Shown here: piece after piece, positions 35,648 to 44,799 of the stretch
How the letters are laid out: each line of letters opens with the position of its first letter
Numbering within the stretch: the first letter of the stretch is position 1
Assembly (NCBI GenBank): GCA_037443035.1
Contig: JBBIPC010000005.1
Location: forward strand, 66,837-130,836
Length of the DNA: 64,000 nucleotides
Direction of reading: 5' to 3'
Source: Chthonomonadales bacterium
GTDB lineage: Bacteria > Armatimonadota > Chthonomonadetes > Chthonomonadales > CAJBBX01
The notes under the pieces: model-generated
Database searches by the model: none
What the model was told of the DNA's origin: nothing
Seen by the model: only the letters and a program-made list of their open reading frames with translations
Translations under genes and position numbers: made by a program

Positions 35648-36793
35648 TTGACACTGACGGAAATCACAGACGGCAATGCGCTCATCGAGTTGCGCGAGGC
35701 GTGGCGAGCTCTCGTCGAGCGTGCCGAGAACGCTACAATCTACCAGACCTGGGAGTGGAACGAAGCCTGGTGGAGGACGTTCCGGAGAGGCAAGACGCTG
35801 CGGCTCCTCCTTGTCCGGAACGGCGAGGACTTGGTCGGTATCGCTCCGTTCTACGTCAGCCGACACCTGGGCACGCCTCTGCGCCGTCTGGCATTCCTGG
35901 GCACTGGTTGCTCGGACTACCTGGATATCATCGCAGCTCGGGACGCCGAAGCGGGCGTCTTCGCTGCAGTCCGGGATCACCTCGACCGCGCCAGCGGCTT
36001 CGACCTAGCAGATCTTCAGCAGCTCCCTCAGGGCTCCCGGTTCGCGGAGTATCTTCGTCTGGCTGGCTATGCCAATGACGGCGCGAGCGGCAACGGTGCG
36101 CACGCTGCTGTGCGTATTCTCGTGAAGCCTATGGAGCGCTGTCCCTACGTTCGTTTGCCCGATACCTGGGAGGAGTTTCGGCGCGGTCTGAGCAAGAGCA
36201 TGCGCCAAAACATAGGTTATTATGAGCGCTTGGTACGGCGAGAACTGCCGGACGTCGCCTTCGAGATCCGTGGTGGAACGGACATCCCGGAGGCGATGGC
36301 GGCGCTGTTCCGTCTTCATCAGAGACGCTGGCGCGCGCAGATGCTTCCGGGCGTTCTGGGTTCGCCAGCAGTGCGCCGTTTCCACCTCGATGTCGCCAAC
36401 CGCTTCCAGGACCGCGGCTGGCTTCGACTTCATGTCATCAGAAGCAACGACACCATCATCGCCGCACTCTACTGCTTTCGCTACCGAAATCGCTATTACT
36501 ACTACCTGGGCGGGTTCGAACCCAAGCTCGCACGCTATAGCCTTGGCACGACACTCACCTCTGCAGCCATACGTCAGGCCATCGAGGAGGGCTGCGTGGA
36601 GTTCGATTTCCTGCGTGGCGAGGAGGCTTACAAGGAGCGCTGGAGACCAGAGCAGCGCACCAACCTCCAGTGCCTCATTCCCGGACCTTCGGCCTGGCGG
36701 TCTGAAGCCATGTTCGCTCTGAACCGTATAGAACGGTATATCGAACATCGAGCCAAGGCCTTTTCGGACCGGGGCAAGGGAGTGCGAACATGA
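35648..36793 (+). CDS. GNAT-fold acetyltransferase, CelD/BcsL (FemAB-like) family
   Basis: IYQTWEWNEAWWRTF...LLLVRNGEDLVGIAPFY...LAFLGTGCSDYLDII...FDFLRGEEAYKERW. TTG 35648 is preceded by GGAGCAGGA. Confidence 0.7.
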   Translation: MTLTEITDGNALIELREAWRALVERAENATIYQTWEWNEAWWRTFRRGKTLRLLLVRNGEDLVGIAPFYVSRHLGTPLRRLAFLGTGCSDYLDIIAARDAEAGVFAAVRDHLDRASGFDLADLQQLPQGSRFAEYLRLAGYANDGASGNGAHAAVRILVKPMERCPYVRLPDTWEEFRRGLSKSMRQNIGYYERLVRRELPDVAFEIRGGTDIPEAMAALFRLHQRRWRAQMLPGVLGSPAVRRFHLDVANRFQDRGWLRLHVIRSNDTIIAALYCFRYRNRYYYYLGGFEPKLARYSLGTTLTSAAIRQAIEEGCVEFDFLRGEEAYKERWRPEQRTNLQCLIPGPSAWRSEAMFALNRIERYIEHRAKAFSDRGKGVRT

Positions 36794-37134
36794 AGAACTG
36801 CGGTCAGGGGGTCGTGCTGCTTGCACTGCTGGCACTGAGCGTCTACAATCTCTGGATGAGCCATTCGCTCCAGGCGGAGGTCCGCAGCCTCCGCGAGGAA
36901 ATCCGCAGCCAGCGCCAGACGACGAACCTCATGGCCCAGGCCATGCAGGCTCTGCAACAAGCGCGGGAAGCCGTTGGCAGAACCGACACGGCGAAGGCCA
37001 AGGACGCACTCGAGACGGCGCGGGGTGCAGTGGCAGGCTTGGCCAGGAGTGCGGAGCCTGCTGCTCATTGGCTGCAGGAACAGGTTCGGGCATTGACAAA
37101 GCAATTGGAGAGCCAGCGAGGCAACGCACCATGA
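36790..37134 (+). CDS. Small membrane-anchored coiled-coil protein, hypothetical
   Basis: ATGA overlaps with both the upstream and downstream genes. One TM helix (VVLLALLALSVYNLW), then heptad-like Q/A/R-rich sequence. Confidence 0.5.
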   Translation: MKNCGQGVVLLALLALSVYNLWMSHSLQAEVRSLREEIRSQRQTTNLMAQAMQALQQAREAVGRTDTAKAKDALETARGAVAGLARSAEPAAHWLQEQVRALTKQLESQRGNAP

Positions 37135-37901
37135 GGAGTTCTCGTAGTCACGGAGCCGCTCTGCGCGGTCTGCGTAACGCGCTCTGTGTGCTGCTTGGTG
37201 GCGCTGTGCTGATCTTTACGGGCGCGGGAGCGTGCAGGAACACCAACTTCCTGAGCACGAAGGATGAAGTGCGCATCGGCAAAGACGCCGCCGCAGAGGT
37301 GGAGAAGCGATACAAAGTCATCCAGGGCACGGCGGACGCGCGCCGAGTTGGGGTGATCGGGGCGCGCATCCTGGAACACTGTGATCGGCGGGAAGGCGTA
37401 CCCTACTTCGTCAAGCTTCTGGATGTGAAGGACGTGAACGCCGTGTCACTGCCCGGCGGACCCATTTACGTGTACAGAGGGCTGCTCGAGTTCCTCCAGG
37501 GGGACGATGATGCGCTCGCATGCGTTATCGCGCATGAGGTGGGACACGTGGACGCACGGCACAGCGCCAAGCAGATGAGCCAGCAGATGGTGGCGAATCT
37601 CGGCGTACTGCTAGTCCTCCGCGGCAAGACGGCGCAGGATATCGGCGCTCTCACCACTGACTTGCTAAACCTCAGCTACAGTCGCGAAGACGAGTACGAG
37701 GCAGACCACAGGGGTGTGTCCTATGCCCACAAGGCGGGCTTCAAGGCAACGGGCATGGTCGCCTTCTTCAAGAAGCTGCAGGAGCTGGAGAAGGGCAAGG
37801 CACGGGACCCCGAGATACTGCGATCGCATCCCTACACAACCGCGAGGCTGGCCCGTGTAGAGCGGATCATCGAGAGGCAGGATTACCGCTATGGCCGCTG
37901 A
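37131..37901 (+). CDS. M48-family zinc metallopeptidase (lipoprotein-type signal)
   Basis: HEVGHVDARH (HExxH), downstream EYEADHRG, and signal ending GAGAC. Confidence 0.85.
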   Translation: MRSSRSHGAALRGLRNALCVLLGGAVLIFTGAGACRNTNFLSTKDEVRIGKDAAAEVEKRYKVIQGTADARRVGVIGARILEHCDRREGVPYFVKLLDVKDVNAVSLPGGPIYVYRGLLEFLQGDDDALACVIAHEVGHVDARHSAKQMSQQMVANLGVLLVLRGKTAQDIGALTTDLLNLSYSREDEYEADHRGVSYAHKAGFKATGMVAFFKKLQELEKGKARDPEILRSHPYTTARLARVERIIERQDYRYGR

Positions 37902-37928
37902 CCGCACGCATCCTGGAATGGAGTTATC

Positions 37929-38753
37929 GTGAACGCCCCCTCCCGGTCAGGCAATGGCAAGACGGCTATGCGCGTGGCTGCCATCCTGCCGGCCTACAAT
38001 GAGGCAGATAGGGTCCGGCACGTTCTGACCGCTGTTTCCAAGGCGCCCTCCGTGGATCAGGTCGTCGTGGTCAACGACGGGTCCACCGACGACACGGCGG
38101 CGCGTGTCTTGGAGGTGCCAGGCGTCTACCTGCTCAGCCTGCCGCAGAACGTCGGGAAGGGCGGCGCCATGGCGGCTGGTGCCCGGTTTGCCGACGCCGA
38201 TGTTCTCCTGTTCCTCGATGCGGACCTGATCGGCCTGACGCCGGAGCATGTGGAGAACCTCTTGCAGCCCGTGCTCGACGGCAAGGCTGAGATGGCTGTC
38301 GGCAAGTTCAGCGGCGGTCGCTATCTGACAGACCTGTCCCAGCGTATCGTGCCGAGCGTCAGCGGTCAGCGTGCCATCGCCCGCCGCGTCTTCGATGCCA
38401 TCCCGTGTGTCGAGGATGCTCGCTATGGCGTGGAGATGCTGATCACGCGATTCTGCCGGCATTATCGCGTTCGGACAGCCACAGTTCCTCTCCGAGGGGT
38501 AACCCACCCCATGAAGGAGGAGAAGCTGGGGCTCTTGCGAGGATGGGCGGCGCGCGGTCGGATGTACTTCCAGATCATGCGGATCTTGCTGAACCCACGG
38601 GTACCGACGGCTCTGGAGAAACGGTCTGGGCGTGTCATGCGACATTCATTGCCTAGACTCCGATCCTTCAGCGGCTACGATGGTTTGGTCAGCCGTCTCC
38701 GACAGAAGCCTCTGGGCACCGTCGGCTCCCGGGCGCGGCGTCACCGGCGCTAG
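37929..38753 (+). CDS. Family 2 glycosyltransferase
   Basis: ILPAYNEADRV, VVVVNDGSTDDT and LFLDADL (DxD) motifs. GTG 37929 follows GGAG; ATG 37968 is an alternative. Confidence 0.8.
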   Translation: MNAPSRSGNGKTAMRVAAILPAYNEADRVRHVLTAVSKAPSVDQVVVVNDGSTDDTAARVLEVPGVYLLSLPQNVGKGGAMAAGARFADADVLLFLDADLIGLTPEHVENLLQPVLDGKAEMAVGKFSGGRYLTDLSQRIVPSVSGQRAIARRVFDAIPCVEDARYGVEMLITRFCRHYRVRTATVPLRGVTHPMKEEKLGLLRGWAARGRMYFQIMRILLNPRVPTALEKRSGRVMRHSLPRLRSFSGYDGLVSRLRQKPLGTVGSRARRHRR

Positions 38754-38909
38754 ACGGTGTCCATGCTCCAGCAAGCCACTGCAGTAAACGCGAATGATCC
38801 TGCGGTAACAAAGAAGGAACTAGACGGCGAGCAGTCGAATCCAACAATTGGTAGGCTGGGACACGCACGGTGAGGAGATCGGGCGTCCCCAGTCGAAGAG
38901 GAGGAAGGA

Positions 38910-39158
38910 ATGGCAATAAGCAAAGGACCCGAGATCCCGCCTTGGGTCGCCGTCCTTGTCATCGTGCTTGTGGTAGTTGTCGCAGGCGCGATGATCTGGC
39001 GGGCAACGGGCAAGAAAACCATGAGCGTGGATCAGCAGGCCAAGATGCGTGAGATCATGCAGCAACGCGGTTTCACGCTCAAGGGCCAGCAGCCACCGCC
39101 GGTTGGCCGCCCGGGCATGTCCAGCCAGGCAACTACACCGCAGCAGGCACCGCGATAA
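38910..39158 (+). CDS. Small single-pass membrane protein, hypothetical
   Basis: Strong RBS GAGGAGGAAGGA directly upstream, with TM helix WVAVLVIVLVVVVAGAMIW. Confidence 0.5.
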   Translation: MAISKGPEIPPWVAVLVIVLVVVVAGAMIWRATGKKTMSVDQQAKMREIMQQRGFTLKGQQPPPVGRPGMSSQATTPQQAPR

Positions 39159-39210
39159 CGGGCCTGCCATCAACCATCCACCACCATAAGAAGGGGAGGT
39201 ACGCAAACCA

Positions 39211-39975
39211 ATGTCACGTCGTGGTTTCACCCTCATCGAGTTGCTCGTCGTGATCGCGATCATCGCGATCCTCGCCGCGATCCTGTTCCCTGTCTTCGCA
39301 CAGGCACGGGAGAAGGCCCGCTCGATCTCCTGTCTGTCCAACGTCAAGCAGCTGACTCTGGCGCAGCTCATGTATGTTCAGGACAACGACGAGAAGTTCA
39401 CCGGATGGAACTGGGGCCAGCGCTTCGAGATGGACTCCGCATCCTACTGGTCCGTGTGCGCCCTGCCGTACATCAAGAGCATCAAGCTGTATCAGTGCCC
39501 CAGCGACGCCCTCGAGTGGCCGACGGTCAACGACTGGACCGGTCAGGGACCTGACGCCGGCGCCCACGATCCGTTCGCTAGCTGGCAAGATAGGTACTGG
39601 TGGGAGAAGCCGAACAACCCGAACTTCATCTCCTACGGAATCAACGAATCGCTCATGGGCGGGCGCAAGCTCGCAGCCGTCAAGAGCCCGGCGAACTACT
39701 CCATGATCATGGACTCGTCCATCGGTCTGGTGAACGCGTGGGAAGGCTGGGGGCAGGACTACATCGCCTGCCGCGCCGCGTTCTCCAACCAGGGCTGCTG
39801 CTTGATCTGGCAGGACGGCCATAACGCTGCGTGGTTCAAGGCCAACTACAGCGCCGAGGAACTCGAGTCAGCCACTCGTCATACGGGCGGCCAGAACGTC
39901 AGCTTTGTCGACGGCCATGCCAAGTGGATGAAGTGGGAGAACATGACCGTCGCGAACCTGTCGCCGAGCAACTGA
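39211..39975 (+). CDS. Prepilin-type N-terminal cleavage/methylation domain protein, DUF1559 / H-X9-DG family
   Basis: [27 protein letters not shown] plus C-terminal [13 protein letters not shown] (H-x9-DG). Confidence 0.9.
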   Translation: MSRRGFTLIELLVVIAIIAILAAILFPVFAQAREKARSISCLSNVKQLTLAQLMYVQDNDEKFTGWNWGQRFEMDSASYWSVCALPYIKSIKLYQCPSDALEWPTVNDWTGQGPDAGAHDPFASWQDRYWWEKPNNPNFISYGINESLMGGRKLAAVKSPANYSMIMDSSIGLVNAWEGWGQDYIACRAAFSNQGCCLIWQDGHNAAWFKANYSAEELESATRHTGGQNVSFVDGHAKWMKWENMTVANLSPSN

Positions 39976-40000
39976 TCCCCAGACGGTACTCAGACGACGA

Positions 40001-40028
40001 GGCCCCGTCCTGCAAGGCGGGGCCTTTT
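40001..40028 (+). terminator. Rho-independent terminator of the prepilin-like gene
   Basis: GGCCCCG (40001-40007) / CGGGGCC (40018-40024), followed by TTTT (40025-40028). Confidence 0.7.
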
Positions 40029-40041
40029 CCGTCGGGTGGAC

Positions 40042-41094
40042 CTAAATGCTGTCTATGGCCGGATCATCCAGGAGGACACGGCGTCCTTCTTTGCTCGAGA
40101 TGTAGCATGCCAGTGTCATCCGCAGACTGATGCGGCCTTCCTCCGCTGTGGATATGGGAGGCCGCCGTCCGTGTAGCCACTCCGCCAGGGGTTCGGCAAG
40201 GGCATGGATTCGGTGACCATGACCAGCGGGAGAAAGAATACCTGAGTTCGTCCACGCGCGCGTGTCGGCTTTCCACCACTTGAGCCCTTCGGCGCCGTGC
40301 GTGTGCGGCCACTCATTGCTAGGGCCATCCCCGTAGTTCTGAATGATCGTACCCTTCTCGCAGACGATCTCGGTCGTATTCTCATGCGCTCCGCAGGTGA
40401 AGGAGCACACCACCTCGGCAAGGGGGCCGCCTAGGTACCGATAGATGGCGATTCCGTTGTCATTCGGCACCCGCGGATCCAAGAGGGTCTCTATCTCGGC
40501 CGTGACGGTCTCGGGAACTCCCAGCAGCCAGTGGAGAAAGTCTATGGGATGGGCGGCATCATCGGCCCAGATATCCCGATTGAACTCGGGCTTGTTATGC
40601 CACAGGTCCACGAACGTCGGCCACAGGTGCGTGGCCAGCGCATGCCGGCGGCGCACCATGAGAACCTTGCCGAACTCGCCGCTGGCCAGCAGCTCCTTCA
40701 TGCGGATGTTCTGGGGATCCACTCTCATCTGCCAGGCCATGGTGAACGGCACCCCTGTACGCTCCACCGCCGAGACGATCCTATCGGCCTCCGACATGGT
40801 CAGCGCCATGGGCTTTTGCAGGACTATCGCCTTGCCAGCACTCGCTGCTTCCTCCACGAGATCGGCATGCAGAGAAGTCTCCGAGGCGATGACTACCCCG
40901 TGGATACTTTCGTCGAGGAACTCGTCAAGGCTTGTGCAAGCTTTCAAGCCGTAGTTCGATGCATTGCTCTGCAGTCGTTGCTGGTCATGGTCCCAGGCGG
41001 CAACGACCTCGACACCAAGCTCCGGCCTGTCACGCCAAACATTGCAGTAGGCATTCACATGGCCATGGGCGAAGCCCATGATCCCGACTTTCAC
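40042..41094 (-). CDS. Gfo/Idh/MocA-family NAD(P)-dependent oxidoreductase
   Basis: MKVGIMGFAHGHVNAY... Rossmann N-terminus, with an EKP-like LQKPMAL motif. 350 aa. Confidence 0.85.
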   Translation of the reverse strand: MKVGIMGFAHGHVNAYCNVWRDRPELGVEVVAAWDHDQQRLQSNASNYGLKACTSLDEFLDESIHGVVIASETSLHADLVEEAASAGKAIVLQKPMALTMSEADRIVSAVERTGVPFTMAWQMRVDPQNIRMKELLASGEFGKVLMVRRRHALATHLWPTFVDLWHNKPEFNRDIWADDAAHPIDFLHWLLGVPETVTAEIETLLDPRVPNDNGIAIYRYLGGPLAEVVCSFTCGAHENTTEIVCEKGTIIQNYGDGPSNEWPHTHGAEGLKWWKADTRAWTNSGILSPAGHGHRIHALAEPLAEWLHGRRPPISTAEEGRISLRMTLACYISSKEGRRVLLDDPAIDSI

Positions 41095-41149
41095 GAACCG
41101 TTGTCTCCTTTTCTTCTATCGCTTCCGGCGGATGGACCGCCGTCGTTTC

Positions 41150-42373
41150 TCACTGGTTTCGCAGGTGCAGGAGCATCCCCTGACCCGGTGCCAGCCAGTT
41201 GTTCTCGCCAACCCACACTTCCTCGGCGCCGCTATACGGGTTGATGAGATGGACGCGTCCAGGCGCCTTGAATCGAACGGAAAACGGTGTCGAGCGGTGG
41301 AGGTCCTTGTTCACCACCAGCGCCCACGCGCTCCCGTCGGGCCCTTCGAACTCACCTACCACCAGGTCGCGACCAGAAACCTCGGCAACGTGCTTGGCGC
41401 TGTCCATGCCGTGGCAACCGTTGGGCACGCTAGGGTGATGGAAGACATTCACGCTCCTCAGCTTCAGATAGGCAGGACCGAGGCGATGGATCTGCAGATT
41501 CACGTTCCTGAGCATGTCCCAAGTTGGCGTGCGATGCCCAAACTGATCCACAGGGGCCAGCCGGTAGTTGCCGATGGCAGGTGCGAAGTAGGTGAAGTAG
41601 GCGATGCCTCTGGCACCGTAGGCAAGAGTCGTGAACGCCTGGAACCTCAGACCAGCAGGCGATGGCTCGGCGTAGGTGAAATGGGCGTTGGCGAGCACGA
41701 CATTCCAGAACGGGACATTGTGCTTCAGCGCAGCAGCTCGGACAGCCTCCAGGTTCTGGAAGTACCCGTCTCGCAGGGTGCCATCCTCCATGAGCGCGTA
41801 ATGGTCGTAGCACAGGACTGCCGGTCTGACGAGAGTCAGGTACCGTTCCAGATGCTCTTCGTAGGTCTGCGTTCCGAGCTGGGCTGGACTAGCGTAGTTC
41901 GGGAACAGGTTGATGTAACCAGGCGTTGTGGGCGCGAGCTTGCGAAAAGCTGCCACCCACCGGCCAAGCGAGGGAAACAGCGAGGCGTTCGGTTCGTCCC
42001 GTAGGTAGTAACCGAACACGGCGGGATGACCATTGACCTTCGCCAGCACATTCTTGACGCGCCGCTCGATCTCAGCTTCGTCCAGCCCGGCCTCCGCATC
42101 CACAACGTGGATCGTGGGATCGAAGACGAAGCCCTTCAGACCGAACTCGTGGAGGAGATTCAGGCGTTCCAGCGGTACGATCCCTGCGAGATTGATCCCG
42201 CAATCCCGCATGCCCTTGACCTGGTCACGATCCGCGGGCACGTCGCCCCACGCCAGTACAGCGAACTCCTCAGGCTTCAGCATGGAGACCTCTTGACCTG
42301 CCGAACGCTCCGCAATGTTAGTAGTGAGCAAACACGCAGACAAGAGCACAAGCAGCACGGTGTACGATTGCAT
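41150..42373 (-). CDS. Secreted TIM-barrel glycoside-hydrolase-like protein, hypothetical
   Basis: Signal MQSYTVLLVLLSACLL. The patterns GYYLRDEPN and INLFPNY resemble GH42/GH-A clan strand-4 NEP-type motifs. No specific family recognised. Confidence 0.5.
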   Translation of the reverse strand: MQSYTVLLVLLSACLLTTNIAERSAGQEVSMLKPEEFAVLAWGDVPADRDQVKGMRDCGINLAGIVPLERLNLLHEFGLKGFVFDPTIHVVDAEAGLDEAEIERRVKNVLAKVNGHPAVFGYYLRDEPNASLFPSLGRWVAAFRKLAPTTPGYINLFPNYASPAQLGTQTYEEHLERYLTLVRPAVLCYDHYALMEDGTLRDGYFQNLEAVRAAALKHNVPFWNVVLANAHFTYAEPSPAGLRFQAFTTLAYGARGIAYFTYFAPAIGNYRLAPVDQFGHRTPTWDMLRNVNLQIHRLGPAYLKLRSVNVFHHPSVPNGCHGMDSAKHVAEVSGRDLVVGEFEGPDGSAWALVVNKDLHRSTPFSVRFKAPGRVHLINPYSGAEEVWVGENNWLAPGQGMLLHLRNQ

Positions 42374-42399
42374 AGGACGGGCCCCCGTTTCTGTTGACT

Positions 42400-43302
42400 C
42401 TACATCTTCTCCAACAACGCCTCGATCCGCTGGATGCACGATTCCTCGAGATCTCGAGCCCAAGCAAGATGCTCGACCTTGTCCTGCACGGGCACCTCGG
42501 ATGGCGCGCAGCGGCGCAGTAGCTCACCGATTTCCTTGTAACCGGCGCTCAGGGTGCGGGCCTGGCTGGCCGAAGGAAGCATTTCCTCGATTTCGCGGAA
42601 GTAAGCCCCCGCCTGTGATCGGCATTCCGACCAGACCATGGCGTTCCACCACGCGCCGTGGTGCGCTCCATGCCCGTTCTGAACCGCCTCGATCCACCAG
42701 TCATAGGCTGCCGACCCCATGGCATAGGCGTCGTCCGCACCGGGCAGCGCACGCCAGACCTCCACTGCATATCGGAGGCTACCGAGGACGGCTTCGGTCC
42801 GGTCGGCGGGCTGGCACTCGTCGAGGATCGTAAGCTCCATGTGGATCTCGCTGCCGAGCTCCTGCCACGCTCCGTACGTGAGCCGCGCCGGCGGGTAGTC
42901 CATCTCCGGCCACGGCTGGGCTGTGAACAACCCCTCGTCGTCGTAGCCAGTTATGAGCTGGTGCTCCATATTGAGCAGACTGCAGGGTGTACCTTCGTCA
43001 AGCGCGCTGCGGATCGCCTGTTCTGCGGATGCGCGCTCCGCCGTGCTACTGCCTGCATGGAAAAAACCGAGCGAGACAGGGCGGATACCCAGGTTCGCGA
43101 GGAGCTGTTCCACGCGCCGCCGGTCCCAGACGTACGGCCCACTGGGACACAGCTCCTTGTGAATGTTGAGGACGAACGCATGTCCGCTCGCCCCGAAGAG
43201 GAACGCGTCAGAAACGTTGGCGCCGTAGTAGTTCAGCGCGCCTCTCATGACGCCCATCATCGTCGTGCAGAATGGGGCCTGCACGAGCCCCTCGATATGC
43301 AC
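42400..43302 (-). CDS. BtrH-N-like (papain-fold) domain protein, hypothetical
   Basis: GTG 43302 is preceded by GGAGGAAGGGAG. The N-terminus VHIEGLVQAPFCTTMMGVMRGALNYYGANVSDAFLFGASGHAFVL resembles the BtrH N-terminal domain / DUF4872 pattern. This is a weak assignment. Confidence 0.4.
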   Translation of the reverse strand: MHIEGLVQAPFCTTMMGVMRGALNYYGANVSDAFLFGASGHAFVLNIHKELCPSGPYVWDRRRVEQLLANLGIRPVSLGFFHAGSSTAERASAEQAIRSALDEGTPCSLLNMEHQLITGYDDEGLFTAQPWPEMDYPPARLTYGAWQELGSEIHMELTILDECQPADRTEAVLGSLRYAVEVWRALPGADDAYAMGSAAYDWWIEAVQNGHGAHHGAWWNAMVWSECRSQAGAYFREIEEMLPSASQARTLSAGYKEIGELLRRCAPSEVPVQDKVEHLAWARDLEESCIQRIEALLEKM

Positions 43303-43450
43303 ACTAGACTCCCTTCCTCCGCGTCCGGCGGAGACATGCCGTATCTTCTTGACAGGCGACCTCTTGTCCTGCGAAGACCCGCTTCGCGTGTCGGATGTGT
43401 CGTCGGGAGGTGCCTGGCCGCCTAGACGTGAAGGTACTATCTGCATACCC

Positions 43451-44713
43451 GTGAAGCCCCTGACCCGTTTCGGACTCTTTGGCATCAGCGTCTACTGGCT
43501 CGCAGTGAACCTGCATTGGAGTGCACTGCTGGTCGCCATCGTTCCACACCAAGTGGCGGTCATGCATCCCACGGGCCATGGTCTGATTCTGAGCTTCATT
43601 CTGGGCGCTGGCGCCCTAGTCGCGCTGGTCATGCCGCCGGTCGTGGGGGCGTACTCGGACCACTGCGCCCATCCCATGGGACGACGACGGCCCTACATGC
43701 TCGCCGGTACGGCGTCGAACCTGCTAGGGTTGGCCCTGTTGTGTTGGGCAGGCGAAAACCACATGCTCGGCCTCTATCTCGCTGGCTACATGGTAGTGCA
43801 GTTCGGCAGCAACCTTGCAACCGCAGCCTACAGCGGCGTGATACCAGACATCGTCCCCCCTGACCAGCGCGGAGCCGCCAGTGGATGGATGGCAGCCATG
43901 ACGCAGATGGGGAACATCCTCGGAGCGCTGGGTGGCGGCGTGCTCATCCAGCGCGGCCATGCTCTCGCCGCCTATGGCATTATCGGTGGAATGCTCGTGC
44001 TCCTCCTTACGATCACGGTGGTGACAACACGGGAAACGGCCCTCAGTAAGCCCACGGAGAAGCCCACCCTCGGCGCGATTATCAAGAGCTTGTGGATAGA
44101 CCCGCGCCACTATCCAGACTTCGCGTGGGTGTGGTTCACGCGATTCCTGTTCACGGCCGGAATGTGGATGGTCCAGCCATTCATCCAGTATTACCTGCGA
44201 GACGTCATCGGCTCGCCGAAGCCAGCGGAAGATGCCGGGCGGATCATCGGAGTGGCGCTAGTAGGCGCTACGGTGACGGGCCTTATCGGTGGAAGCGTCT
44301 CCGATCGGCTGGGACGCAAGCGTGTGGTGTATGCCGCCAATGGTCTTATGGCGGTCGTCGCACTCGCTTTCATGGTAGTCCGCTCCATGGAGGCCGTCTA
44401 CGTGACAGCTGTGGTCTACGGCCTGGCGTTCGGCGCCTATTACAGTGTGGACTGGGCGCTTGGATGCGATGTACTACCGCGCAAAGAGGAAGCCGGGAAG
44501 GATATGGGAGTTTGGCACATCTCCATGGTGCTCCCCCAATCGCTGGCGCCATTCTTGAGCGGCTTGCTCCTTACCCTAGGAGGCTCCAGCACGAGTCCAG
44601 CGTGGCCCGAACCGCACTATGCCTTGCAGGGTTACGTGTATCTCTTTGTGGCGGCCTCCTTCTTGCTGGCGCTGAGCGCCGTGCTGCTGAAAAACGTGAG
44701 AGGCGTGCGGTAG
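43451..44713 (+). CDS. MFS transporter (glycoside/cation-symporter-like)
   Basis: About 12 TM helices. GAYSDHCAHPMGRRRPYML resembles the GPH/MFS loop 2-3 motif. The GTG 43451 start is uncertain. Confidence 0.75.
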   Translation: MKPLTRFGLFGISVYWLAVNLHWSALLVAIVPHQVAVMHPTGHGLILSFILGAGALVALVMPPVVGAYSDHCAHPMGRRRPYMLAGTASNLLGLALLCWAGENHMLGLYLAGYMVVQFGSNLATAAYSGVIPDIVPPDQRGAASGWMAAMTQMGNILGALGGGVLIQRGHALAAYGIIGGMLVLLLTITVVTTRETALSKPTEKPTLGAIIKSLWIDPRHYPDFAWVWFTRFLFTAGMWMVQPFIQYYLRDVIGSPKPAEDAGRIIGVALVGATVTGLIGGSVSDRLGRKRVVYAANGLMAVVALAFMVVRSMEAVYVTAVVYGLAFGAYYSVDWALGCDVLPRKEEAGKDMGVWHISMVLPQSLAPFLSGLLLTLGGSSTSPAWPEPHYALQGYVYLFVAASFLLALSAVLLKNVRGVR

Positions 44714-44799
44714 ATCGCGGGAGGACGGCGACACCCGCGGCGAGAAGTCAATCAGTGCAGTATCGCACCCATGCGAATGCAGGAGGTCGTCCCTGCGCA

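Noticed and set aside
44092-44799. 5-prime extension making the giant ORF 1640 aa
   Set aside because: It overlaps the MFS transporter gene out of frame and is Arg/Gly/Ala-rich shadow sequence. A signal peptide begins at ATG 44800. The same reasoning applies to 58325-58537, 17791-17946, 3424-3537 and 43303-43485.
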